Of a stretch of 64,000 nucleotides of DNA, positions 1 to 12,070 are shown piece by piece (position 1 is the stretch's first letter; every line of letters starts with the position of its first letter). A program made the translations under genes and the position numbers. Source of the DNA: Camelus ferus (taxonomy: Eukaryota); the NCBI RefSeq assembly GCF_009834535.1, contig NC_045697.1, forward strand, positions 66,404,001 to 66,468,000, written 5' to 3'. The notes below the pieces were generated by a model. The model saw only the letters and a list, made by a program, of their open reading frames with translations, ran no database searches and had not been told where the DNA came from.

Positions 1-170
1 GGAGGAGAGGGGAGTTGTTATTTACTGGGTGTAGCGTTTCGGATTTGCAAGATGCAAGAGTTCTGGAGATCTTTTTCACAGCAGTGACTGTGTCACTCTA
101 CTGAACTGGCCACTTAAAAATGGTTACAATGGTAAATTTTATGTTGTGTTTTTTACCACCATAAAAAGAA
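1..170 (+). mobile_element. Old L1 (L1M-type) 3' end fragment
   Basis: ...aagagttctggagat...actgaactg...cacttaaaaatggtta...atggtaaattttatgtt... typical L1 3'UTR tail. Confidence 0.75.
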
Positions 171-1494
171 AATGAGGAATGCAAATTGTCAATCGGATTT
201 AGCCACAGAGAGGTCATTTGTGGCCTCGGCAGGAAGATGGTTTTGTAGAGGTTGGGGAATGAGCCCCACTCGCGGTGGTGGAAGAGGAGCAGGCAGGTGA
301 GGAAGTGGAGACTTCGGGAGTAAAGTGTTATTTCCCAGAGTTTAGCTATTAAGGTGAGTGGGAAAGCAGAAGGCGAAGGCACTTTGTTGTTGTCGTCGTC
401 GTTTTAAGAGAAACAGTAGCATTTTTGAATGGGGATGCAAAGCCTGCAGTGGAGAAGGAGAAATGGAAAATGCAGGAGAAATAGAGGGGGACTAATTGAG
501 GCTCCTGAGCAAAAGGGAGGAGCTGGAGTACACATGGTAAGGATGTTGCTGTTTGAGTTGTCAGGACTGGGATTTAGAAGGAGAGTTCCTCTTACCAGTC
601 CAGTGGGATGGTCAGGTTGGTACAGTAATAAGATGGGCAGATTGCTAACACACGTCCCCAGTGCAGAGATTATGCAAAGAAAGGCACAGTTACCCGGAGA
701 GATAATGCACAGATAGCTGTTTGTTCATTTTTCCTGAGAAAAACAGGCCAAAAGGATGCAAGGCCAGCTCTCCAGACATATCTGGGAAGGAGAAAGTCTT
801 CATACCTCTCACTGGTGAGAAAAAAAAAAAAAACTCACTTAAGTAACAGACAAAGCAGAAAGTCTGGCTGCTTCTGAGGTGCTGTTAATCAGAGCTTCCT
901 CCAACCCTGAAAGGAATAAATATTAGGGAATGACAGGATGAGAATAGATACTGATGTCTGTTCCATATTCAATGAGATAGTTTAAGATTAAGATTTTCTT
1001 CAAGTCTAGTATATTTAGAGTTTGGCCAAGCAAAGGAATAAGTAATCAGTGTGTGTAATACATGGGAAGCCTCCCAAGTACATTGTTGGAAACTTGGAAA
1101 TCTGGCTTTAAAAGGTATTTCATGAGTTATATGAATGTATTGTCAAGCGGCATTCATTTTTCTAATCAGCCTAGCTCATGGAGGTGTTGGAAATCTCAAC
1201 CTCTCCAACTCTTGTATCTTACCTGTCCTCATATATTAAGATATAGGCATTAATAATTCTTTATAACTGTATTTTATTTTTTCTAGAACATTGATCATTT
1301 ATATTTTAAAGGATATTTTAAAAGATATTTTTGGAGTTTTAGTCATTTCTTTGAGGTTGATCATGTGTCAGTTCTTAAAACAGTAATACCAGTCTCACTT
1401 GACTTGGGAAATGGTCTTTAGAAAGTAGAAATATGTTCTGAGAAATGTATCTATATTGTGAGTGAGTTCTGTATTTGAGAACAATACATTTCTT

Positions 1495-2075
1495 TCATGC
1501 ATTTATCCATCAAATACTTATTTTTTGTTTACTGTATGTTAAGCACTTTGTTACACTTCATTTATACCGGTAAACATAGCAGTCCCTAACCTCAGGGAGC
1601 TTCTGATTGGCAAAGGAGTCCAGATTTAAACCAATAACTACACAAACTGTATAATTATAGTAAGACCAAATTCTGTGAAGAAGAAGTACAGGGTGTTACG
1701 AAAGCATATGACATGGGCAACCTTTAGGGGATTTGGGAAACCAGGGAGGCCTCCCTGAGGAGGTGACATTTAAACTAAGGCCAGAAGGATACTTAAGAAT
1801 TAGTGTAGTGAAGGTGTGGCAGAGTGGTGGGTATAGAAAGTGAGAATGAAGAGACTACACAGAGGCCTTGAGGTGGGAAGAAGCTTGGCCTGTTTAAGAG
1901 GAGATGGAAGACCAGTTGGGACTATAGCAAGCCAGACAGAAGACTCCATCAGGTGAGGCTAGCAATAGGTAGCCCATGATCACAGCTGTCCTTAGAGCAG
2001 TGCTGAAAGCATCTAAACAACAGACAGGTTCAGATTTGTGTTTTTAAAGGTTCACTCTAGTAGCTGCTTGGAGAT
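1495..2075 (-). mobile_element. LINE-2 fragment
   Basis: catttatccatcaaatacttatt start and ggaggcctccctgaggaggtgacattt motif; boundaries approximate. Confidence 0.65.
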
Positions 2076-2089
2076 CTTATTCTCTGGAA

Positions 2090-2407
2090 CAGGGGTCAGC
2101 CAACCTTTATTGTAAAAAGCCAGATAGTAACTAGATTTTGTGAGTCATATGGTCTGTTGCAACTACTCAGTTCTTTGTTTTGTGAAAGTGGCCACAGACA
2201 TACGTAAGTGGAACCTGGCTATGTTCAGTAAAACTTTATTTATGGATGCTGCAATTTCAATTTCATATAGTTTATATGTGTCATGAAATCTTCTTTTCAT
2301 TTTTTGAAAACAATTTACAAATATAAAAACCATTCTTAGTTTCCAGGCCATAAAAAGATGGGAGACAGGTTGAACTTGACCTGAGAGCCATGGTTTGCTG
2401 AGCCCTG
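2090..2407. mobile_element. MER58 (B-like) hAT-Charlie non-autonomous DNA transposon
   Basis: Terminal inverted repeats caggggtcagccaac ... gtttgctgagccctg; internal MER58 motifs. Confidence 0.8.
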
Positions 2408-3441
2408 TTATAGGACTTAATGTTTCTTATTCTTTTAACTTTTTCTGCTCTACCTCTTAAAGGATGTTTTGGTTCTACCATGACATTTTTCTTAAGTTGT
2501 CTACCTTTTTTTTTTTTCAACACTCTGGTAGAGGTATGGCCAATGTTAAAGAAAAAGTGGGAATATAACCTCTTCTTTTCTGTTTCTTTATCTTAGTGTT
2601 AATTTTTCCACTTGAAAATCAGTATAATGACTGACCCATTCTATCTTTATCTACAGGCTTTTTAAAAAATGGGTAATTTTATACTTTCCCTATTTATTTT
2701 TTTCTTCCCAAAGTGTTATACTTGGTGCTTTCTTCTTTCAAACCTCACCCTGAATTTTTCATCCTTTCTTTATCTGGTAATACTTCTTCTAAAGTAAAAT
2801 CCTGGCATTCAAAATTAAATATGGTAAAGACATCAGAAGGAAAAAATGAAAAATATTCAAACAACACAGTTGCATGCAAACATTTGTTGTGTGACTGGGT
2901 GAAATACTTTGTTTTACATCAAGATAAACAACATCCATATAATCTCAGATCTGCAAACACACCATTCTGACTTGAAAGGAGATCCCTAGTTGCTTTCATG
3001 TGGTCCACTGCTCAGCCCCACAAGATGTTAGAAAGCATTATGTAATGGAACTCGTACAGACAGACTTGGTTCAAATTCCACCTGACCCTTTAGGTATATG
3101 ATATTGGGCAACTTGATTTCTTTGAGCTTGAGTTTTCTTGAAGCATGCAAAATACATAGGAAATTCCCATCCACCCTTCTTCCTCTGTGAGCATATCTGT
3201 TATCACATGGAAGTCACCATGTTAAAAAAATTGGGGGGTAGAACAGCCTATGTTTGGTGGTGGTGAGGGTGATGGTGTTGGTTTTAACTTTATGTAGATA
3301 TGAAGCTTAAAAAAAAAAAAAAGAAACCTAACAGTATTCCAAAATGGAACCAGTGTACTTTTAAGGTAGTATAAATGATAAATGTCTGTGCTTTTCATTA
3401 ATATTTCCTTTGCCTTGTTTATTTTACTTCTGAAAACTCAG

Positions 3442-3558
3442 GTTTGACAGTTCTCTGGAAGACCTACCTAAGAGTGGACCTCACCCACCTGCAACTCCTC
3501 AGGTTTCACATATTGGTAGCCACGTAGCTACACTTTCTAAAGTAACCACATATTCTAG
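3442..3558 (+). CDS. PDLIM5: PDLIM5 alternative cassette exon A (117 nt, phase 2/2): FDSSLEDLPKSGPHPPATPQVSHIGSHVATLSKVTTYSS
   Basis: cag|G acceptor at 3441, AG|gtagag donor at 3559, length a multiple of 3, open frame; resembles the remembered long-isoform insert FDSALEDLPKSGPHPPATPQV... Confidence 0.85.
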
Positions 3559-4304
3559 GTAGAGTTTTCTTCCTCTTGGTATGTCTAAATTTTAATGCTG
3601 GCAGTGAAACTAAATACTAAAACTGTTTGACTAAAAAGGAAAGAGTGATCATAGATTACAGAACTGACATCACTAATATATAGACAAGAAAGCTTGGCAC
3701 TCAGCCTTGGAACACTGCTTTCTACTGCTTTTATATTTTTTACTTTTTGTTTAGATTCTAAGTTCTCATTTAGAGTCAGGAAATCTGTTTCTTTTATTTA
3801 TTCTCTGTGATTTGGAAAGTCAACTTTCCTGAGCTTGTTAGAAGTCTACCTTACTGAATTAGAGCATTTACCTCTAAAAAAGGAGCAATAGAGATTGTAT
3901 GTTCCAGGTGCGCAGACATAGTCTAAAGGTACTCAGGTTAATTCTTGTAAGATTTTACTAGACCCTGCTGACACCCAGTCCTTTTATATTATTGTGATAC
4001 AATGTGATGAAACAAATTCATCACACTTTCCTTTTCTTCTGGCAGGAGAAGGATAATTTAGCTGATTTTTTTTTTTTTAGCTGACCTGCTTATAGACTGA
4101 TGTGTCTCATTATTATGCACCATTACTCCCCTCAAGTAGTAGCTGTTACCTCAGAGATGGAGAGTAATTGAGAAACTCAAAGTTGAATCACTTGATAACT
4201 TTATTCTGCTTTACATGACACTCATTCCCCTGCTCTGCCACTGATAGCATCTTTCTTTTCTCTTTGTCAGCCTCATTCTTTATTTTCTAGCCATTCACAG
4301 CAGG

Positions 4305-4508
4305 TGACATAACCTTCCTTTTTTTCTCTGCTTATGGGAATTCACACTTCATGTTTGGATTTATTTTCTACTTAGTTGTTGACAAATCAATCTTCAAATG
4401 AATGTTGTTATGTGACACTGATTCAAGTAGGACTAGAGACAGTGAACTTAAATACATTAAAAAAGTTTGTATGTTCATAAAATCAGTTTTATGGAGGATT
4501 ATACATCA
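4305..4508 (+). repeat. Local direct duplication, copy 1 (204 bp)
   Basis: Manual alignment to 5372-5575: about 12 substitutions and 2 single-base indels (~93% identity). Confidence 0.95.
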
Positions 4509-5371
4509 TTAGACTTAGCAAAAAGTTATACTTAAAGTTTAACAATTCTATGTGTGTGTGTATATATATTTAATGGCTTGCCACTGGTTTTTTTTTTTAA
4601 TGTCTTCTAATGGTTTGTAAAACTGTAGCCAGTGGAACTAGGAATCATGGATTATCAAATTCTTCTAAAATGTAGAAGAGACGTGTGTCAACCCTCACAG
4701 TTTTAGACATCTGAGCTCTCGTTAGCTGGGGTTGAATTTGATGCATAATTACTTTGTGCTAGAGGTGGCTGTTGTCAACAGATTCTGGAGAAAGTAATCA
4801 GAGTTTAGTGGGAATATTCACTAAGAACTTGTGCTCATAAATGAAGAAAAGAGACACAGGTTTCACCTTGTGCATTTTAGACCTCCGTTTTACTTAATAA
4901 AAAAGAAATGCTCAATTCCAATTTGATAACCAAATTTGAAAAGTCATAAAGTCCTAATGATGAAATGTTAATTCCTGTCCAAATGTTTGACCTTTTCTAA
5001 AAGACCAAAGGAAAAGAATTATTATTTTAAATAATAAGAATTCTGAAGGTAAAATTTAGTACCAGCATTTTTGAATCTTTACAGAGCTAACTGAAAACAG
5101 AAATACAGAACATGAGCAGAGAAGGTGATGTTGAAGTCATATTCACTGTAACTGCTGTTAATATTTTACACAGACGCCTGCCCCCCCAAATAGCTTTACT
5201 CTCAATATTTTAAAGTTATTTCTTGTCTGTATTAATACGTATTGCTGCTTCTGAATAGGCAGCTGGTTGTATCTGCTTCTCCTGAAAACACGAGTCTCAT
5301 TAAAATGTCAGGTCCTGGGTGTATATCATCTCTACAGTAAAACTCCTAATGTAGAGACTTTTTGGAAAAAT

Positions 5372-5575
5372 TGACATAACCTTCCTTCTTTCTCTGCTTA
5401 TGGGAATTCACACTTCACGTTTGGATTTATTTTCTACTTAGTTGTTGACGAATCAATCTTCAAATGAATGTTATTACATGATACTGATTCAAGTAGGACT
5501 AGAGACAGAGAACTTAAATACATTAAGAAATGTTTCTGTGTTCATAAAATCAGTTTTATGGAGGATTACACATCA
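5372..5575 (+). repeat. Local direct duplication, copy 2 (204 bp)
   Basis: Near-identical to 4305-4508. Confidence 0.95.
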
Positions 5576-5740
5576 GATTTTAATTTCCGAGAGAAATCAC
5601 AGTGACAGGAAATAAAGGACCAGAACTCCTTTTACACGTGTGACGCGTAGGAAGGTTGCTTTCTTACCTGTATTGTGCTACCTCTTCTCACTTTCCTTTT
5701 TGTTCCTCTCCTGTTTTTCTCTACTGATCAATTTAAGCAG

Positions 5741-5878
5741 CTCCACAAGAAAGGTGGCGTCAAGTTCTTTGGAAGGTTTTCGAAACTTGTCTGCCTTGCC
5801 TTCTCCTGCCAGATACAGTGCTGCCGTTCTGAGCAGCGCGGCCGCCACTGTGTCTGCTGTTCTCGCTGCAAAAACCAG
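5741..5878 (+). CDS. PDLIM5: PDLIM5 alternative cassette exon B (138 nt from CAG at 5740, or 141 nt from AAG at 5737): STRKVASSSLEGFRNLSALPSPARYSAAVLSSAAATVSAVLAAKTR
   Basis: Long polypyrimidine tract 5680-5725, AG|gtagaa donor at 5879, open frame (ORF 5640..5882), resembles the remembered human peptide ...SPARYSAAVLSSAAATVSAVIATKTR; exact 5' boundary uncertain. Confidence 0.78.
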
Positions 5879-6463
5879 GTAGAACTACGTGTACAATGTG
5901 CGTCTGCCGTGAATCCAGTGCTTTCCACTGTCTTACAGCTCACCTCCAAGAAAACGTGCCCATTTCAAAGGGTCACAGCGCTATTACAATATCTTAATTG
6001 TACGGGGATATGTTATCTAGGCTGTGAATATATCCTATGATATTTATTACTGATTTTTCTTTAAATCGTTCTTTTTATCTCTTTCCATTGCTACCATTTA
6101 TCTGTGATACTTCTCAGTTGCATGGATTATTGCATGTTGTGTGCCTATCGACTTTTGGGTTTTTATCATTTTTAATTTTTATATCTGGAACAGAATCAAG
6201 CATAAATAGGTATTTTAAGTTTCTGTTGGTTTTATCAGCTCCCACAAACTGGTTGTGTTTGAGGGTGATCTAGAGTGGGTGATCTAACACTCCTTCCTCC
6301 CATAAAAAGAATACAGCCTTTTTATTGTTACGGGTTTTGTTTTTACATAATTTGTAGTAGTCTTTATCGCTTTAAATGCTTTCCAAAAGATTGCCCTGAT
6401 CAATTTTGGTGAAAATTTAATCAATTATATATGTGTTTTTTAATACATGTTTAAATCTCTGGG

Positions 6464-6560
6464 TTTTTTCTTTTTTTTTTTTTTGATGGAGGTACTGGGG
6501 ATTGAACCTAGGACCTCCTGCATGCTAAGCATGCACTCTACCACTGTTCTATAACCACCC
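6464..6560 (-). mobile_element. tRNA-derived SINE, Vic-1-like (camelid)
   Basis: Reverse complement reads ...cagtggtagagtgcatgcttagcatgcaggaggtcctaggttcaatccccagtacctcc plus poly(A); A/B box-like motifs. Confidence 0.85.
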
Positions 6561-6750
6561 TCAATTCTATATTAATGAGTAAAATAGTATAACAGACTCT
6601 TCTTTTCATCCTTTCTACTGCTTTGTTCTCTGTCTCTGTCCCTCTCTATATCTCTCGAGATGTTTCAAATCACAAGCTATAAAAATTACGTACTTTCTGC
6701 TATTGGTAGTGTGATTTTTCAACCTAAAACTCTTTCTAAACGCTCACCAG

Positions 6751-6882
6751 GCTCTCCAGTCCTGAAAAATATCACTCACTCCTGGATGCACTTTGCATCA
6801 GTCCTGTTTCCAAGCCTTTAGCTTTTTCGTATCTCCAGCCCTCGAGGAAATCAGCTGGTTCTGTCCATGTTAAGAAGACCAG
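6751..6882 (+). CDS. PDLIM5: PDLIM5 alternative cassette exon C (132 nt, phase 2/2): LSSPEKYHSLLDALCISPVSKPLAFSYLQPSRKSAGSVHVKKTS
   Basis: ccag|G acceptor at 6750, AG|gtactg donor at 6883, multiple of 3, open; resembles remembered human ...YHSLLDALCISPVSKPLAFSYLQ...HVKKTS. Confidence 0.85.
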
Positions 6883-7613
6883 GTACTGGGGGAGCAGACA
6901 TCACAGGGGTGGTTTGCTATGAAAGGTCTAACACTGACACCACCGTATTAACAGCCGAGATAAGAAAATTCTAGAGCTGATTTGTGTCCAGTTTAAATTA
7001 ACTGTAATTCCAATGCAATGATAACGTACAAGCATGTTATTTTGTATGATTATTAACGTGCCTTTTAATCCTTTGTGACATCTTTTATTAGCACACTTGA
7101 TGTTTGGTTTGAAATTATGAGTAATTGTGCAAGTATTTGAGTTCCAATAGAACCCTGTTTTTAAATCGCATGGATGGAGCCATACGAGAATGCTTAAATG
7201 TTTAATAAAACATACCTTTATACTTTTTGAAAAAGATGAACAAGAATAATGAGATAATTGGTTTTGATTGGCTACTATCTTATAGTTCTGAAATATGAAG
7301 GTTTTACTTGGGCAAACAACTTAATTTTCACCATATCTGGGAAATACTAGAACACAAAAAATGATTTTTCTCCTAAACTGAACAATTACGCCAGAATTAT
7401 TAGGTATAATGTAAAAATGAAAATATCTCAAGTGCTTACTAAAAGTGTAACCTTAGTGAAATAACTACAAAATTATTTACAACAGAACATAAAATTAATG
7501 GCAGAGTACAGAACTGTGACTATAATCAGTAAAAGCCAGATATGACATAGGCTGTCTGTTGATCAAATGTTTGTCCTACCCACTGTTACAGATGTTCTCA
7601 ATATGCTTAATTA

Positions 7614-8095
7614 CAGGCATGCCACAGAGAGATTAGGGGTTTGATTCCAGACCACGGTAATAAAGATCGCAATAAAGCAAGTCACAAATTTTTTGGTTTC
7701 TCAGTGCATAAAATTATGTTTACACTATACTGTCTTCTGTTAAGTGTACAATAGCGTATGTCTAAAAAACTAATGCACATACCTTAATTTAAAATATTTT
7801 ATTGCTTAAAAATGCTAACCATGATCTGAGCCTTCCAAGAATCATAATCTTTTTGCAATAGTAGCATCAAAGATCACTGATCCCAGATCACAGTAACAAG
7901 TATATTAATAATGAAAAAGTTTGGACTATTTTGAGGATTACCAGAATGTGACACAGAGACACAGAGTAAGTAAGCAGCAGATGCTTTTGGAAAAATGGTG
8001 CCTATAGACTTGCTTGATGCAAGATTGCTATAAACCTTCAATTTGTAAAATGCAGTATGTGCAAAGCACTGTAAAACAGAGTGCAATAAAATTAT
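7614..8095 (-). mobile_element. Internally deleted Tigger1-family DNA transposon
   Basis: ta|caggcat terminus, ttccagaccac..aataaag and gactt..ttgatgca...aaaccttcaatttgtaaaa motifs from both Tigger1 ends. Confidence 0.8.
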
Positions 8096-8320
8096 ATGAT
8101 AACTTTTAAGGGAGGTGTTTAAACAGGGGGAAAAGAGATCATTGTACATTTCCCTCTAAGAAAATAAAACCTGAAATTATATTTGTGGCATTGTGATTGT
8201 TAAATGAGCAGGCATAGTACATTGTCAGAGCTGAGTCTGTACAAAGGCAGGTTACTGATCACACTTGGAATAAAAAGACCCTTTGAGAACCTAATGGAAT
8301 GCTCTAAATTCTCTCTCCAG

Positions 8321-8753
8321 AAGAGCATCTGTTGCATTTCTTTTTAGCAAAATGGCCTACGGTGTGTTTTGATTGACATTCAATAAGATAGGATGGGGGA
8401 AAATACTGCTTATGAGAAAATACCCCTTTCTCCACTTTACTGCTCCCTTCTCCATGCTTTTTCAGCTGATAGCTTTGTATTCCAGTGAGTTATCTTGTCC
8501 TCACCGTTTAACAGAAAAAGAACAACATAAAATCCTTGCATACCTTGTTTGATTGGAGAATTTTAACGTTTTTCATTTACCATTGTAAACCGAGGATAAT
8601 TGTGTAACTTTTTGACCTGTAGTTGTTACATGTAAGGCAGTGTGTCTTGCAGCAGGGTGAGCTTCTCTAAAAGAAATGAATCCTAGATAGTTTTTGCTTC
8701 AACTCAGGCGTCTTATTGTTGAAATGAACTTTTTGTTTAAAAAAAAAAAAAAA
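8321..8753 (+). pseudogene. 5'-truncated processed retrocopy, 3'UTR only, resembling UBE2D3
   Basis: Ends in A15 (8739-8753) preceded by AATGAA (8723-8728); body (caacataaaatccttgcataccttg...gaatcctagatagtt...gcgtcttattgtt) resembles the UBE2D3 3'UTR as remembered; start approximate. Confidence 0.6.
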
Positions 8754-10849
8754 GTAGGCCTGCAGTTATAGACTGACTGAATATTTATCTATGGACCCAT
8801 TTCTAGAGCAAGTGTTAGTAGTCATTTTCGTTACCTTTTATTAACAGCAGTGGGCACAAACTAAATATATTTTGATATTTGAAAAAGGAAAATGGTTCTC
8901 GGCAAGGTAAGCTAGTTGGCATCTTGCACAGCAGGGACACAGGGTGTCCTGAGGAGACCTTGCTGCCTCAGTGGGAAGAGTACCAAAAAGAGCAGTTGGG
9001 CTAATGTCAGAGGTATTTTATCTCTGATTTTTGCTTTTGTATGACAGTAATCTTTAAAATTATAATGAAGTGTAGTATAATACCAGACTTGCTTCTCTCC
9101 ATTGTAGTATATTTAGCATGTCGAGTTTTGATACAGAAAGTCTAAGTTAAAGAATTTTGCTTAGGAAAATACAAAAAATTTTCTTGTAAACAGAATTCTG
9201 GAAGGAAGGCATCTCATGACTGTTCTGTTTTTCTAGGTCCTTTTATAGAGTTTTGACAGAAGAATTCTATTAAAACTATAAGTTGCTTATGGTTCTGACC
9301 TTCCAGAAATATTCCTCTCCTGCCACTTAAGAATCTGTGTATAAGTGTATCAATTTTTGTGAAACTTTGGCTAAAAAAACTGTTTAAATATTGACATAAT
9401 TAAATCTGTAGTGTACAGCTGCCTTTAAAAAAATGTAAACATGAAATTGGAATAAATTTACTTCAAGATTATTCTTTGAGCAGGATTTTTCCTTTGAAAA
9501 CAGACTTGAAATTTCCAATTGGTCCCAACTGCAACTGAAATGTATTTGCTGTAGTAGTTAAACAAATGTGGGAAAAGAATGTAAACTCAAGATAACTCAG
9601 GTTGCTTACACTGAAATTTACTTGTTTTTTCCTTATTTTTTCCCCATTAGTTCAGTTTTGAAAAGAAACCTTTGCTCTATCAGTATATGTTTCTCCATTT
9701 TCAGTTTTTGAAATATGAAACAGAAACTTCAGTATTCTTGAGATAGAAGACTTATTAATTTAACATTTCATTTTAGTGCTTATTTGGCACATTATTGAAA
9801 ATGACCATATTTGATTCTTAGCTTCTGTGATGTTAACCAAGGGTATTTATGGATTTGCTCTGGTTTCCTCGTTAGCATCTTTTAGAAAGCATTTTAATTT
9901 TGTTCAGAATTTAGGTATACCTCAAACAATTTAAATTTAGGGAAAATATATATTAGTCATGATTTCAGAAATAAGTAATCATGGCATGTTAATAAATTAG
10001 TCATCAGTTTGAAATATTTTGCGATTATTGATTATTGATAACATTTATTCCCAGATATAAAATTGTATAGCTAGTAGTTTTATTAATTCTTTCATTTTTA
10101 GTACACTATACATAATTTAATATATTTTCTTTAAATAGTAGCAAATGGTTAAATATTTGGGAAAACAATGTTTTTCAGTTTTAGAGTCCTAGGCATGATA
10201 TATTCTGATATATGATTGCCTAAGTAAAGCCCAGTATTCTCCAATTACTCCATTATATATTTTAAGTTAATAGAGCTGTATTTCTCCAGAGATTATTTAA
10301 CTCTGCCAGTCAATCCTGAATATAAATGTAATTGGAAGAACTTTCTTGCTTATAACTTAGATTTTTATAGGTTCTTTATAATTTACTGCACACCCTTTGT
10401 ATCTAAGGAGAACTCTTACTAAGTCTCATGGAACTCTTATGAGCAAAGTAGTATCCCCATTTAAAGTTTAGGTAATGGAGGCTTAGAGAAGTAAAATAAT
10501 CTGTCCATCACAAATCTTTTAAAAGGCACCAACTATAATCCTTAAACTCTGCTTCCATTAATATTATTTATTGTGCCATCTTTATTGATAACTGTGTTCA
10601 GCATTGCTATTGAGTAAGCAATCTTTCACTTTTTATTTATGATAAAATTATTAAAGCACTTAATTTTTTCATTGTATGTTTTAACATCAAACAGGTTTTA
10701 GTTTTTCATCAAACTGCTTTCTGCTTAGAAATGATGAAAGAAGGTGATAGCTCTTCTGCACCTGAATTTGAGAGAACAATAATAGAGGATAATATTTCCA
10801 GAAAATGAAAGTAGCTCCCATACTATTTTTCAAAACTGTTTTCGTGCAG

Positions 10850-11390
10850 AGGTGCACTAAAAGCACCCCTAGGTTTGATGAATCACTGGAGGACTCACAG
10901 AACTCGGTCTGTAGTCATGCTCATGACTAAGAGTTATTGCAGTGAAAGAGTACAAAGCATGATCAGCAAGGGGGAAAGGTGCGTGGGACCAAATCTAAAG
11001 AAAGGAGGTTCAAATTTCTAGAGGTCCTGTTGCAGTGATGTCACATAGTACATGTAGATTCCTCCAGCAATGAGTAAGAACAAGACAGGCAAAGCGCTGT
11101 CAACCAGAGAAGCTCATTAAAAGCCAAGTACCTGAGACAGACTTAATTGGGGATCCTTACGAAGGCATGCTGGGCCTCGTTCATACCAGAACTGGAGACT
11201 CACAGGAGGAAAGCAGGTGTTTACCGCATTGTTCATATAGTTTAGGCACAATGAGCCACCCTATCTTTTAGAGGAAGTTTTATATGACTCTAGGGAACTG
11301 TTTACCAGCCAAGTTCCCACATGCCAGGCAAAGGGCAACCTTGCAGCCAGCCTTTCCTAAGGAGAGGCGGCCTCAGACCTGCTTTGTTCG
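10850..11390. mobile_element. MER21-like ERVL LTR
   Basis: aggtttgatgaatcactggaggactcacagaactc...agtgaaagagtacaaa...atcagcaagggggaaagg motif. Confidence 0.65.
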
Positions 11391-11929
11391 GTGTTATGTG
11401 GGATTCAGGAGGCATTGGGGAAATTAGGTGTTCTTGGTCATTTGATAGTATAGTGGGCATGATTGCATTGAAAATTTTGTTGAAATAATCTCAAAGTAAA
11501 TGGTATAATTAAGGGTATTTATTTTACTGAAGTCATTAATATAGTATTTACTGAAGTATTAATGTAGTATGTCTTTATTGAACGATTCCTCCAGCTATTG
11601 GTTTCAGTTATTGAAGGAATTGAGTTTCTGTGCATGGAATTATTTAGCAACCAGACCTCAATTTCTATGGAAAAGTTAGTAGGATGTGTTATTGTTGTTG
11701 TCATTGTTATACTTCACTTGAGAGAAACTGCTAGAGTATTGCATCATTCCAAAGAGCATATTTTATAATTTGAACTACCTGATATTATTTTGTTTGAAAT
11801 GATGATGTATAGTTAAGAATAATAGATGTCTGGGATAATAAAAGCCTTATGATTGTCTAAATCAATCTGGAACCAGTACAGTAAGACCTCCTGTTAAGCA
11901 AATACCTGACTGAGAGAGGACCATGGCAG

Positions 11930-12070
11930 ACTTGTTCCTCGTTTTCTTGTCGTCAGAACACGGAGCACTGGGTGTTGTCTCTCTTTTTACCACTGTAAGG
12001 CCAATGCGGATGGAGCACAGTGTCTGGCATGTAGGAGGTGCTTGAGTATTTATTGAATGAATGAGTAACT
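11930..12070 (+). mobile_element. LINE-2 3' end
   Basis: agcacagtgtctggcatgtaggaggtgctt...tatttattgaatgaatga terminal motif. Confidence 0.7.

Noticed and set aside
6263..6286. Short direct repeat gggtgatcta x2
   Set aside because: A 10-bp micro-duplication with no evidence of function.
6485..6560. tRNA-like sequences (also at 48743, 49774 and 63780)
   Set aside because: They have poly(A)/AT tails and target-site duplications and are degenerate, so they are SINEs rather than tRNA genes.
8511..8530. acag|AAAAAGAACAACATAA as a terminal exon (RKRTT*)
   Set aside because: Weak pyrimidine tract, branch-like motif too close to the AG, and it lies inside the retrocopy.
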